A stretch of DNA of 64,000 bases from Rhizodiscina lignyota (lineage: Eukaryota). Made by a program: the position numbers and the translations under genes. The notes under the pieces were generated by a model. That model was not told the DNA's origin and did no database searches. It saw only the letters and a list, made by a program, of their open reading frames with translations. Every line of letters starts with the position of its first letter. The first letter of the stretch is position 1. The stretch spans positions 434,001 through 498,000 of the forward strand of contig ML978128.1 of the NCBI GenBank assembly GCA_010015805.1, given 5' to 3'. Positions 27,370-41,403 of the stretch are shown here, piece by piece.

Positions 27370-29655
27370 TTATAGCTTCGCCTTCGGTTTCGTCGCGTCC
27401 TGTGCTTCAACCTCAGCATAGAGATCATCCAGCACATTGCGATAGAATTTTGCGACTTTCGGACGCTTGAGCTTGAAAGTGGGCGTAATCAGGTCGTTTT
27501 CGGGGCTGAACGGCTCCAGGCCTAGCCAGCAAGCTCTCACCCTTTCGTAGCTGTTGAACTTGTTCTTCTTGGCCACCTTCTCGAACTCTCTCGTCGCAGC
27601 TGCACGAACTTTTGGGTGCGCCGCTGCATCCTTTATCGCTTTCATGTCTGTCGGGTCGATTTGCGTCTTCAGGATCTGCGACGCGAATGGTGCAAACTGA
27701 TCTGGTGCCACGCCGAAGAGTCCCACCAAGGTTGATTGCGTCGAGTCGCCATGGACGTAGCCTGACGCCAGCCATCCGCACGCCGAAAGCACGACGTTTT
27801 CAATGCGCTCTGGCGAGATGTACTCGCCCTGTGCCAGCTTGAGGAGATTCTTAACGCGATCGATAATCTTGAAGCGACCGAGCTCGTCCACGGATGCGAT
27901 GTCGCCGGTATGCAGCCACCCGTCTTCGTCGAGCGCCTTGGCCGTCTCCTCCGGATTCTTGAAGTACTCCCTGAAGACGCTATTGCCGCGAATGAGCAGC
28001 TCACCGCGTGGATGCGGCTTATCGGTACTGAGGTATTCCATATCTGGAACGTCTCTCAAGCATGCTTCAGAAGATGGAACGATGGGACCACAATTACCAG
28101 CGCTCAAGTCGCCGGGAATTCCAATCAGGCTAGTTGCGTACGTTTCAGTCAGACCATAGCCTTGCACAAAGTTATTCGCAAACACGATGCGAAGGAACTG
28201 GTGTAATCCTGAGTCTATCGGAGAGGCACCCGACACCATAAACCTTGCCCGCTCGAGACCGAACTGCTTTGCAACCTTCTTCGACCAGATGGGATCATAG
28301 ACGGCATGTATGTTCGTCGCCACTTTCGGATCAGGGTTCCTCATATTCGCCATCTTTGCGCTTATTATGTAGCGGCTTAACGTGCCTTTCACTCCTGGAG
28401 CTTCAAGCGTCGCTGCTTTAATCACAGAGCCGAAGCGGTTGTATAACCGCGGAACAGCAGAGAAAATCGTCGGGCGCACTAGTTTCAGGTCGTCGACAAG
28501 TTCTGCGATGTTCCCATGAAAGTACCCAATACTTGCGCCGCATATCAGCGCGCCATGTTCTCCAACGCGTTGATAGATGTGCGCCAGGGGTAAGAACGAA
28601 CAAATGACATCTCTGCTCGTCGTTTCTCCAAAAAGGAAGACGACAAGCGTGGCTGAGACGGCATTCTTGTGAGTCAAGACCACTCCCTTCGGATTTCCCG
28701 TTGTGCCAGAGGTGTAATTGATCGTAATCAGGTCGTCCGGTTTGGGCGGATTGAGTGGTATCGGATGTGTCTCTCCAAGGGCCTCAACGTCTCCAATATA
28801 CACGATTTTCAAGCCTAAGTCTTGCGCCAATGTATTCAGGAGGTCTTTCTTCGATTCGCCCGAGAGTTCGCCAGCATCTAGTGGATCCATGGAGACAATC
28901 ACCTTCAGTGAAGGTAGCCGTGGTTTCAACTTGATGAGAGCCACGATGTGATTGAGCGATGTGACGACGCATGCGAGGTTAGCATGGGAGACGATGTACT
29001 CGACCGCATCTGGTCCAAGGGTGTCGTATAGCGAGACGGAGTAGAGGCCTTGGGACATACATCCCAAATCTAAAGCAAGGCTGGTAAGCAACTTTTGCCC
29101 TCTCTAAAGCAGGGTGCGGCTCACCAGTGATCTGCCACTCGGGTCTATTTTGGCTCCAGATCCCAACAGCATATTTCTCGTCTACAACGCCCAGTCCTTT
29201 ATGAATATCAACTAAACCTGCACCGAGATTCGTTCTTCGCCTTTGTATTGTCTGGTAATCTTGCCATTCGTACGGTCCAAATGTTTTCGTCGTGGGATCG
29301 TAAGGTCTATGTCCGAGGCATCTATTTGCGGGAACGCCATTTGCTGAACCAGAATATCAGCATCTCTCCTCCAAAGTATGGGAATGCGCCAAACTCACCA
29401 GCAACCTCGAAGGCTTCGTGCATCGTCGTTACCTAATTCCTTTGTCAGCGTCCACTCCCTCTGATATGGAATCAGCTCGCTCACTGCCGGGTCCAACACA
29501 TCCAGCAACTTCTCTTGGAATCTCCAGTGCCTGTAAATCGGACTGCGCCCCTCTCGTTTCGTCCCAGGGATTGGCACACTCTGCGGCTGCCCCGGAGGGG
29601 GAGCCACAGAAAGCTCCTTCGCCCGCTCCATGAACAACGACTGGAGCTTTGCCAT
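27370..29655 (-). CDS. Long-chain-fatty-acid--CoA ligase, peroxisomal (PTS1 -AKL); three coding introns
   Basis: YTSGTTGNPKG, QGYGLTE, GWLHTGDI, IIDRVKNLLKLAQGEYISPE; ends in KPKAKL. Confidence 0.93.
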
Positions 29656-30106
29656 GACGATTATGGGACCACCGACTGTGGAAGCTGGTGGAAGTGGTAG
29701 ATGTTCGCGACTTGCGTGTAGAGAATCTCAGTGGTGCCTGAAGCACGTCACTGGTGAAGGAATGAGTCGCCACCGAACGACGCTTCACCTCCCATTAGCA
29801 CATTCACATCGATATAGGCACGAACCGCGGAAGGTAACACTGAGAGCAGAAGCGAGTGTCGAGAAGCAGTCACTCACCAAGAACAGAATGTATCCGTACT
29901 GATACAACAAAGAAGGCAAAGTAGTGAAAGGAGTAAACGTAAAGCTCTATGAAGAGTGGCCGTTAAAGAGAGTCTATATCGGCCGTAAAATGGGAGGGAA
30001 ATACGAAAGAAAAGGGTCGTAAGACATCGGAACGCGTTGGAATCCAGCTGGTCTCGTGGACGAATCTGGACGGCGTTTGGACGTGATGAAGAATCCTAGG
30101 TGGGTA

Positions 30107-30112
30107 CCTCGG
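30107..30112. promoter_or_regulatory. Candidate FarA/FarB fatty-acid response core CCTCGG upstream of the acyl-CoA synthetase
   Basis: Exact CCTCGG about 450 bp upstream of the ATG of a PTS1-bearing fatty-acid gene. A 6-mer can occur by chance. Confidence 0.4.
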
Positions 30113-30455
30113 CTCGCCCTCCTTGCCTTCCTAACTTGGAGCATGATCCGTGTGTGCAATCGAGGTCGAAAGGTGCGTCAGGGGCGCTCTATCACATTTA
30201 CGGAGCATATTTCAGATCGTTATGCCAGGTTATGGTGATATGGCATCACTTGCAATTCTGTTTCGAGCTACAATCACATGCGGCGAAAATTCACATGCAA
30301 ATCATTCTCTGCCACTCTGCAGGTTCGCAGCTAGCCCTGTCGCCTGCTGCGCTAAAATCGATCATGCGTCCCGATCAGACGGAAATTCTCCGCTCACGTG
30401 ACGGCTAGAGAGCGTACCAAAATGGAAAGACGGGATTGTAGCTTCACGATGTTGC

Positions 30456-32340
30456 TCACTGCAGGAGAAAAGATCCATATTGCATCTCGCCTCGGTCTAC
30501 TGAGACAGCAATCTCTCCTCCCATCGCTCCATGGATATAGCTTTCACCCACCAACTTAAACAGACGTGCATCTTGGGGACCTTGTCCTGCTTGGCAATTT
30601 TCTGATTGTCGCAAGATAAATGGCACTTTCGCGCCCAGCAGAACGCACAAAACATCACCTTGCTTCGACAATGGCGGAATTAGGCCAATGCGCCCTGCTT
30701 CTGTAACGCACAACCGGCGTCCAACTGTTGGTTCCAAAGCGTTCGAGAAGATGACTGTCGGCCCCATTACAGGAGACGATTCCGGCATGGCGAGCTCATC
30801 AAGTCGCTTGCTAGAGCAGAAACGTGTCGACGGCTCCAAACCATGTCGGGTCGCACAGGAAGACTTGCAACTAAGATACTTTTGGCGAAGACTGTCTGCT
30901 GATGGATTCCGCAGCTCACCGTTCTCCAAGATGTAGTTTCCAGTCAAAGTCCGGCAGAAATTCTCGAAAGCTGGGGTACCCAGCAAATCTAACTGGGTAT
31001 CGCATGTGTTCCTAGAGTTGTTTCGTATGACTAGACTCTCGACCTCGTCAAGCCACTCGTTCAGTTCTGGGTTCGGAGTAGAAGTAGTACAAATGGAACT
31101 GAGATATTCAATCTTGTCGAAGATGACGCCTTTCACAGATAATGCCGTCGTGATTTCGGAATCCAAAGTACAGGAAGCTGCAAATCGTGTAGCCCTGTAC
31201 TTTCGAGAGCCTTCAGTCACGGAGAGCGGTGAACATTTCGGTGGACAAGTCCAGTCCGGGACCCAAGAAGGCAATGCATATACAGATCCAGGGTAGCCAC
31301 ACCCTGCAAATGAAAGCAATCGCAGACTCTTTGCATGGCAGATCATGGCGAAGGCGAACCTCTGGTACACAGATTCAACAGTGTCACTGTAGTCAGGTTC
31401 AATACCGAATCCCTCGGCGTCAGTCGAGATTCCGAGCAACCCATATATTGCATCTCGAGCATTTGTTGCTTGACGATGCCTCGTAGCCATCAAGGCATAT
31501 TCCAGTGAGCACATGTTTGAAATGACAAGGCGAACTCGCGTATGCCAAATCTCCCGGATATGTTCCAGCGCAGCAAGAACCTCAGCGCCCACGTTCGACC
31601 AGACAGCTCGATATTCAGGCTGAAGCAAATCTCTAGCGACGACGTAAAGGTGAGCCCAAGGCAATGAGACGGTCCCGTAGAGTACAGTCAGGCATCTTTC
31701 CAGTAATGGTGCCTGCCCGCTCGGGGTATCCGTTTTCATAGAGCTCAGAACTGCCTCTTGAAAAGTCCAAGTCCGACGAAACCAAGCATGCCCGAGAAGC
31801 TGGATCAAGGAATTCCACTGTCTCCTTTTGTACCTATCGGGAGTCAGCCTGTCATACTTGATCCCTTTGCAAAGGTCGTTGTAGAGTTCAGCAAGAGTCT
31901 CCACAGCAAGGTATGGATCAGTCTCCGGACTTGGAGAAAGCCAAATGATGACCCTGGATGCCTTGGAGTACACCTGATCCATAATCCGAATCTGATGCGA
32001 CTTTCGGTATTATTTGTTTGGTTGATGCTAATTGCATCGATCCAGATATTGACAGTCTCAGTTGGTGATCGTATTGCGTGTAATGCATCATAAGCATTGC
32101 CATAGACTGTGAATCGTCTCTTGTCCAGCATTATCTCATTGGATTGAGCAGAATCTCCCCATGTATACGACAGTGCGACGTAGTCTGGGTTATCATCGAG
32201 GCAAACCCTCGCAACTGTACACTGCACTGGCTCGGCATCTCCGGGCTGGAGTTGAAGTATCCGGACATACTTCTGTGGATCAGGAAGAATCGAATACTTA
32301 AAAGGAATTTCTGAGCTCTGTTCTATAGGATGTTCTATGG
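30456..32340 (-). pseudogene. HET-6-like HET-domain gene with a 1-nt frameshift near 32002-32004 and no in-frame ATG visible
   Basis: YVRILQLQPG, YVALSYTWG, IWIDAISINQ in one frame; SHQIRIMDQVYSKA.RVIIWL, WFRRTWTFQE, ATNARDAIYGLLG, LPSWVPDW, LVGESYIHGAM in another. One extra A restores TEKSHQIRIM. Confidence 0.8.
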
Positions 32341-33196
32341 CTCTCTTCTATCAAGGAGGAAGAACGGGGGTTGAAGCAAGCCTCTGATACGTTACTTAGA
32401 ATGGTTATGGACTAGTACGACTCTAGTCAACCACATACGTCTGTGCGCCGCCTTCCATTGCTCCCCGAAACCTACTCCACATGTCTCTCTTCTTCCACAA
32501 AGCCACCGATTTCGAGAGCAAGAGGGATTACAAGATCTTTTCGAATCGGCGGCCACTATTCTTCTCGCTAGAATTGCCGCTATTTCGATCTTCAACTTAC
32601 TAAAATATGCGTTGCTGACCTGCTGACCTACAGCTCGTAATATGCAATCATTAAGGTTGCCTATTAAGGTTGTTGGCATCTGGTAAGCTGCATTATATGC
32701 ATCCGAGAACGTTAGCTTGTACAGAAGGTCTCCATTAAACTCTGGTATGACAAGGTTTTCAGCTGCTTTCCAATCATCATGATAGCATTGCAAATGATAC
32801 TCCGTAGCTTTCGGCCGTTCATGTGCATCCCAAAATCAAAAACATACCGGTAAATGGACGTTCTAGGCCTGCAAGCCACAGCCCATCGGCATCTAAGGGC
32901 GGAAGGCTACGGGCACCACGCGGACGTGTCCATCCATGCTTTGGGGTTGATGAAACCCGGGGAGCTACGTTCAGCTCGCATTTCGCCCACGCATCCAATC
33001 CACAGGGGTGGGCTTGACGCCACGAACGAATGTTTGCAAGCGACCCCCGCAGGCTCAGGGTCAGGATCCTTCACTAATCTAATTGTGGGGTGCATGCTCA
33101 CCTAGATCTGTCGGGAAACCGAAATAATATTGTGGATTGCATCCCATCCTCCCTCTTGCGCTTTCTGACCCGACCACCGCGGAAAACGGTCAAGCC

Positions 33197-34836
33197 ATGG
33201 CTTCATATCCTGAGCAGGCCAATCGTAGTACCAACGCAGCGGATTCAGAGGCCGTAGGAGAGAAGATTGGGGAAACCGCAACCACCGAATATGCCGATAG
33301 GGAAAAGAAAGAGCCGGACTCCCAAATCTTGAGAGATAGACATGGCCTGCCACTGGTGCCGCAACCTTCTTCAGATCCCATGGACCCGTTGAACTGGAGT
33401 CCATGGCTGAAGGGAACGGTGCTGGCGCAAGTGTCTCTTCTCTCATTCACAGCGCTGCTTAGTGCCTCTCTCATTGTAAGTACGGATTTTATGGCGGATG
33501 ACAGCTTTATTCTGACGAGCTTCACAGGCCCCGACATACGTGCCGTTGGGTGAGTTTCTGCACGAAGACCTTGTTACGACGGCATACGTCACGTCTGTTT
33601 TTATTGCATGCGCTGGCATAGGGTCGCTCTTCTGGATTCCGTTCTCGAATATCTATGGTCGGAGGCCGATCTACCTTCTCTCGCTACTGGCGAACACTGC
33701 CTTCTTGGTCGCAAGCGGCAAATCTAAAAGTTATGGCGAGATCATGGCCATGAGAGCGCTCAACGGATTCTTTGCCGGCATTCCCTTGGGACTTGGTTCA
33801 GCTACTGTAGTCGATTTGTTCTTTAGCTACGAGAGGGGCCGCTATATGGGCATTTACACTGTAATGCTCATCACCGGAGGTCATCTTGCTCCGGTTATTG
33901 GCGGGTATGTCGCGAAGAATCTGACTTGGCAATGGTGCTTCTACATTCCTTCGATCATTACAGCCGCCGAGTTCATCATCTTTGCTGCCACTGTACCCGA
34001 AACACTATTTTCCAGGGCTCCGGAAGCGCTCGCAAGACCTTCAAAACCATGGACCGAGAACATGCTAATGATTGGACCCCGCGCTCATCCGACTCGCACA
34101 CTACATATAGTCGACTTCTTCAGACCAGCCCAGCTTCTGCTTTATCCGGAAGTCTTCTTTCCCACGCTATATTATGCGATCATTTTCACATACGGCTCGA
34201 TCCTCTTTATCATCTCTTCCGCCAATCTGTTCAGGCAGATTTATCACTATATGCCGCAGCAAACTGGCCTGTTACTGGGCCTTCCGCTCACGATAGGCTC
34301 ATTGCTCGGCGAGACAAGTGCCGGATGGGTATCTGACTATATTTCTCGGACTCGAGCTATTGCCCGCGGCGGCGAACGTGTACCTGAAGACAGACTACTT
34401 GGGATGATTCCAGGTGCTATCCTCACCCCTCTGGGCATTATCATTGAAGGTGTATGTTTGCAAAAACGGACACATTGGGCCGGCACGGCGATGGGTATTG
34501 GTATTGCAAGCGTGGGCTATCAGATTGTGACAACGGCAGTATACTCCTACACTGCTGAAGTAAGAGCGACTGCGGCTCCCGTGGAGAACCCAGGCTGACT
34601 GGTTCCAGTGTCATAAGCCGCAGGCATCCGAGCTCGGCGCTATCATAAGCTTCTCCAGACAGTTGATGGGGTTCACGATTGGATTTTATGCCATCCCGCT
34701 ATCCGCGCGCATCGGCATCCAAAATGCTTGGATCACGTTTGCATTCATCTCCGTCGGAATTTATCTGCTCACAGTGCCTCTTCTATTCTGGGGTCGCAAA
34801 TGGCGGAGAGAGATCGATTGGCACAAGGACTTGTAA
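33197..34836 (+). CDS. MFS transporter (Hol1/DHA1-like); two introns
   Basis: LVPQPSSDPMDPLNWS, YGRRPIYL, DLFFSYERG, PETLF, PEDRL; about 12 hydrophobic segments; final exon ends WHKDL*. Confidence 0.92.
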
Positions 34837-35076
34837 AACAACTCAAGCTGCAGTCATCTTCACTGGCAATCGGGTCCTGAAATTGCTATCGCAACAACAA
34901 CGAGTACAATCAAAGCTATGAACGAGCTTACAGGATATAGATGCCGTCGGGTCAACTAGCAATCCTTTTTCGAAGGAGCTGATGCAAGCTTTAGAGCTCA
35001 GAAAAGACGCTTTGTTTGCTGTCCAGCATCTTGTGAACACTCCGCAGCTCGCCCCGATTGCCATCACTCGCGGACG

Positions 35077-36260
35077 TCAAACCTTCCTCATTCGTCGATT
35101 GTAGTCCTTATTATACATCCCATATGTGACCTCACCCTCTGAAGCTCTTAGCCCTCCCACGCCACACTCCTCTGGCTCCATTTCTTTCAGTCCGTGCAAG
35201 GGGTCCTTGAGCTTCGGGAATATATTCAACGAATTGTTCCTTCCCATGTCCACAAAGTCTCTTTCACTCACGTTGACGCTAACGTACTCGTCCCACCAGC
35301 AGCTCCCATTCGGGATGCTCTCAAATGGGTAGTCAATGGAAAAGGCGATGCTTCGGGCTCCGATCTCCGTCATTGCGCATATCAGGGCGGGAGTACTGAA
35401 GTGTCCAGACGTCGTGATGAAGATTTGGCTGCCAAAGTAATCGCGGACGAGTTTGTCTTTCCGCATCGGCATGTTGGGAAAGCGGTTGCGGTCCAGTTTG
35501 TGGTCTATGCGGTAAAGATCGTAGGGACTGCTTCAAGTCAGAGATCACATCGACGACGCTTGAGCTCGACTTACATATGCTCTCCCATATGTCCAATAAC
35601 GAGCTTTAGCTTTGGGAATCGGTCGAGTACGCCCGCTGTGACTATTCCAAGAAGATGTGCGTTCACCCTGTTTGCGTAGCCCAGAGCTGAGAAGTCCAGC
35701 CAAGGTCGTCCCTTCCACAGCAACTCGTGAATCAGTTTGTTTGACGGTCTCGGATGGATGTAGACAGGGGCTTCGAGATCGTTCGCTGCTTTCCAGAAAG
35801 CATCATACTTGGGGTCGTCATAAAAGACAATACCCTGCCCGTCTTCGCCTACAGATTGGAAATCATTTATCATCGCGCCCACAAAACCCTTCTTCTCCGT
35901 CATGCACCTTTTCAGCTCTTCCGCCGCTTGCGCCGGATCATGCATGCTCAGCGCCGCAACGGCGGCGAACCTCTTTGGATTCTTTAGCAATTCTTGCTCC
36001 AGGTAGTCATTGGCGAGACGCGCCATGTCCTCTGACTCCTTTTGGTTTGCGATAGCCTGGCAGCCAGGAGCGTTCAGTGACAGGACCATGAACTCGACAT
36101 CGTTCTCGTCCATCTCCCTCAACCGCTTCCCATGAATGTCTAGGAGATTGCCCGTAAGGTCATCGCCAATGACGCCTTTCGAGGCAAAGCTGCTCGGATT
36201 GAAGTACTCGAGGAGTTCTGGGATGGTGAAGCACTCTTCGAGGGCGATCTTGCCTTTCAT
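35077..36260 (-). CDS. Amidohydrolase-family non-oxidative aromatic acid decarboxylase (2,3-dihydroxybenzoate / gamma-resorcylate / salicylate decarboxylase-like); intron 35574-35528
   Basis: MKGKIALEE, LSLNAPG, AALSMHDP, YIHPR, GHMGEHI, ITTSG, FSIDYPFE. Confidence 0.9.
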
Positions 36261-36877
36261 CTTGGATGTGCCGACTCAATTGAGGCTTCAGAGGAAGATA
36301 TTATGACTAGTATCAGGGAAAGCGAAGCAAGGAGCTGAGAAACGCGCAAAGGAATCCTTTGAACGAAACCAACTTGAAAAGAAGACGCGTTTTGATGCTT
36401 GACGTGACGAAATCCAAATACGTTGCCAATTGCGGTGTCGGGCACTTCGGCATCTACAACGGGAGAACTGCCATGACATTTCAATCCATGTTTAATCCCA
36501 CGTGAGCCAGAATAAGGCCAATCGTGGCATGGATGAAGTGACATGCAATCGTATTGAGGAAGCTCCGGAGGGGTCCAAAGTGGAGAGTGGAGGTGTGGGG
36601 AAGATCCGGGGAGTTAGCTGACGTATGACAACGCGTCGCGTACAAACTTACCTTTATAGTCCAATGTGAGGCACTCATATACATACCAGCGCGGATGAAC
36701 CCATGGACAGGTCTCCGGGACGGATCGAGGCTCAAATGCACATGTGGCCTGCCGAATACCGTTGCCGCTGCCCAGAGTGGAGGTGAGCTTATTGGGCGTG
36801 ACTAGACCCATTCACAGACTTCATCAGTTTACTTCAGTTATTTCTCGACTTCATTTCTCGGTTACCATTCAAAGGAA

Positions 36878-38295
36878 ATGGTGTCAGAGACAAGGGCCTT
36901 TCGCATTGCCGTCATAGGCGGTGGAATTGGCGGTCTCTGTGCCACACTCTCACTCCATCACCATTGCAAACAACTAAATGTTGACATCAATGTCTACGAG
37001 CAAGCAGCACAGTACAAGGAGATTGGAGCAGGTATAGGAATAGGCGTCAATGCGGCAAAGTTACTTCACAAACTTGAATTTGGAGAAGAGGTGAACAAGA
37101 TTGCAGGTCATCGTAACGGAGTGTGGATATCATTTAGGCGATATGATACAGGTGCCGATATCATTACGGTGCCAGCAGACGATACGAAGACCATTCGCCA
37201 GTTACCAGTGCATCGAGCGGAATTCTTAGACTTGCTAGTGCGCGTGATAAAGGAGAGAAATGCCGCGACTTTGCACACGAACAAGGCGTGCCAGAAAGTT
37301 ATTGTAGGTATGAACTCTACACTGAAGCAGAACCTACACTAACCGAGACTCAGGATAACGGATCCGATGTGACCATCCAATTCAAAGACGGCACTTCGGC
37401 ATCTGCAGACTTGGTCGTTGGCTGCGATGGCATCCACTCTGTCCTCCGCTCACAGTTTTATACTGACAATCCAAGGTACAGCGGCCGCACCTGTTATCGA
37501 GGTCTCGTGCCAATATCACAGCTTGAATCCTGGTGGCCACTGAAGACCTACTCTGCGAGCTGGCTTGGACCCGATCGACATCTGCTCGTTTTCCCAATAA
37601 GCGACAACAAAACCCTCAACATTGTTGCATTCGTCGCGACGCCGGAATCAGAGCTGGGTGGCCTCAAGGAAAGCTGGACCGCGACGGGAGATCGAAACGA
37701 TACGCTCAAAGCGTTCGAGGATTTCGATGAGACGGTACGGAAGGTGATCGGGTCGATGCCCGAGAGACCGTCAAAATGGGTTCTGAACGACAGAGAGCCG
37801 CTAGACCAGTGGGTATTTGCAGGAGGGAAGGTGGTGCTCATGGGTGATGCCGCTCACGCTATGCTTCCACATCAAGGAGCAGGGGCTGGCCAGGCGATCG
37901 AGGATGGATACATTCTGGCTCGTGCTGTCCAAGATCACCTTCGTGCTGTGCGTAGTTCCTCGAATGGTCATGCATACGGCCACTCGGGCGACGGAAAAGA
38001 TGACGGCGCCAGTCTTCAGCGGTACATGGGCCTATATCAGAGTGTGAGGCTCCCACGAGCGCAGCAAGCACAAGCTACAGCACGACAAGCAGGAGAGGTT
38101 TATGAGATGCAAAGACCAGACATGGTCGGAAAAAGTTACGATGACTGTCTCCCACTGGTCAGAGACGCGCTCAAAGACCGCATGAAATGGGTGTGGACGG
38201 CCGATATTGACGATGCTTACGAGAAAGCAAGAGCAGCTGTGATATCAGGACATTCGGGAATAGGTGATGACTATTCGGGTACTGTTGCGAGCTAA
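36878..38295 (+). CDS. FAD-dependent aromatic monooxygenase, salicylate hydroxylase-like; intron 37304-37353
   Basis: GGGIGG Rossmann motif, EIGAGI, VHRAEFL, VGCDGIHS, GDAAHAMLPHQGAGAGQAIED. Confidence 0.92.
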
Positions 38296-38409
38296 ACGAC
38301 GAACTATAGATCTAGTCTTCTTTCGAAAAGACGAAGGTGTAGAATAATCAGAGCAGCGATTTAGCTGGTACCTCAACAGGTATTAGAGTCAGGATGTCCT
38401 GCGATTTCT

Positions 38410-40059
<1,650 letters not shown>

Positions 40060-41403
40060 TGTGAATGTACAATCAGGAATTGAAGCTTGATTGGAGTTTT
40101 TAAGGGAAATAGACTCGTGCGAGAATCAGATATAAGAACGGAAAGCCCCAAAAGGTTCTCAGCTAATACTCGAGTGGTCGTGGCGAGCCTTAGTTATGGA
40201 ATCAGGGCGACTGGCCACAGCGCTAGGGAGGTGAGATCTGGTCGCCGCTTACTACGCAGGAATGAGAGTCGAATGTTTTGGAACCCCAAATCTTTTGGAA
40301 AAGTTTGCTCTTTCCAGGCTCCCGCGAAAATTGAAGGAAAATGCATCGTGCTCCAGCATGACCCTCGAAATTGAATTAGCATCGATTGCGTGCTCGACTT
40401 AACTCATTTTCCCCGCAGCGTCGCCGCTACCGGCGCGCCATTGGTTAGGAAGGTACGGGAACTTCTTAAAGAAGGCAAAGACGGGAGCTGACTTGGACGC
40501 GTCGACCATCATTCTCCATCCTTCTGGGCCATTGAAGGGAGAGTGAGAAGTCGTATTAAAACATTACTTTGTCACGGACCTCGCCAGACGTATGAGCGTC
40601 GGCCGCTTTATCGTGCGGACGTTCCAGGCACCGCCAGGGGGGCATATGCCGAACGAGGTTAAGCGCATACGCTTGCTGTCAGGCCCAAACCTCGAAGAGT
40701 TTTTGATAAGTCCAGAAACTCAAGCTCACGTTAACTCAGGCTTTCAGCTCTATCCCCAGTGTCACCTTCCCCTGAATAATACTGCACCGAGAGCTCCCAT
40801 GAGATGTCCATTATATGATAATCAGTAGCTCTTATCTAAGCATCTCTCTGAACCTTCTCCTTGCGAGGTAGCTTTGTCCCACTACAGAATCCTCAGTTCA
40901 GGCAGGTTACTTTTCAGCGATCATGCAGATGGCTTCAATTGACCCGACAGCTTAGTAGATGTATTAAATTTCGTTTGTAGCATTGCCCTTGGGGTTTCTC
41001 TTGGCATTTTGAGAATGTCAAACCTGCCTCTGTGCAACGACAAATCCAAGAGAGATTTCGAAAGAGCGAACAAGGGATTGCGTCTTACCAAGGAGACTGT
41101 GAGCTTGGCGTACGGGCCTCGATCAAGAATACTATATCAAAAACAAAAGAGGCAAACAGTCTATTGTGACGACTGATGTCGAGCGTCTCTTGGACGACGA
41201 GAAACGACACTGGGAGCGCGGACAATGAATAAGAGAGAGCCTGATGCTTTATATCATGATATTTACGCCGGCAAGCTATGTGAAAGATTAAGCAAGGGAC
41301 ATGATGTCACTGCATGCTCTGCGGAGAGACCAATCACATCTCAGATTTATCTTTGAATGAAAAATAGCCTTATCGCAGAAATGTTTCGGCGGATATATAC
41401 ACA

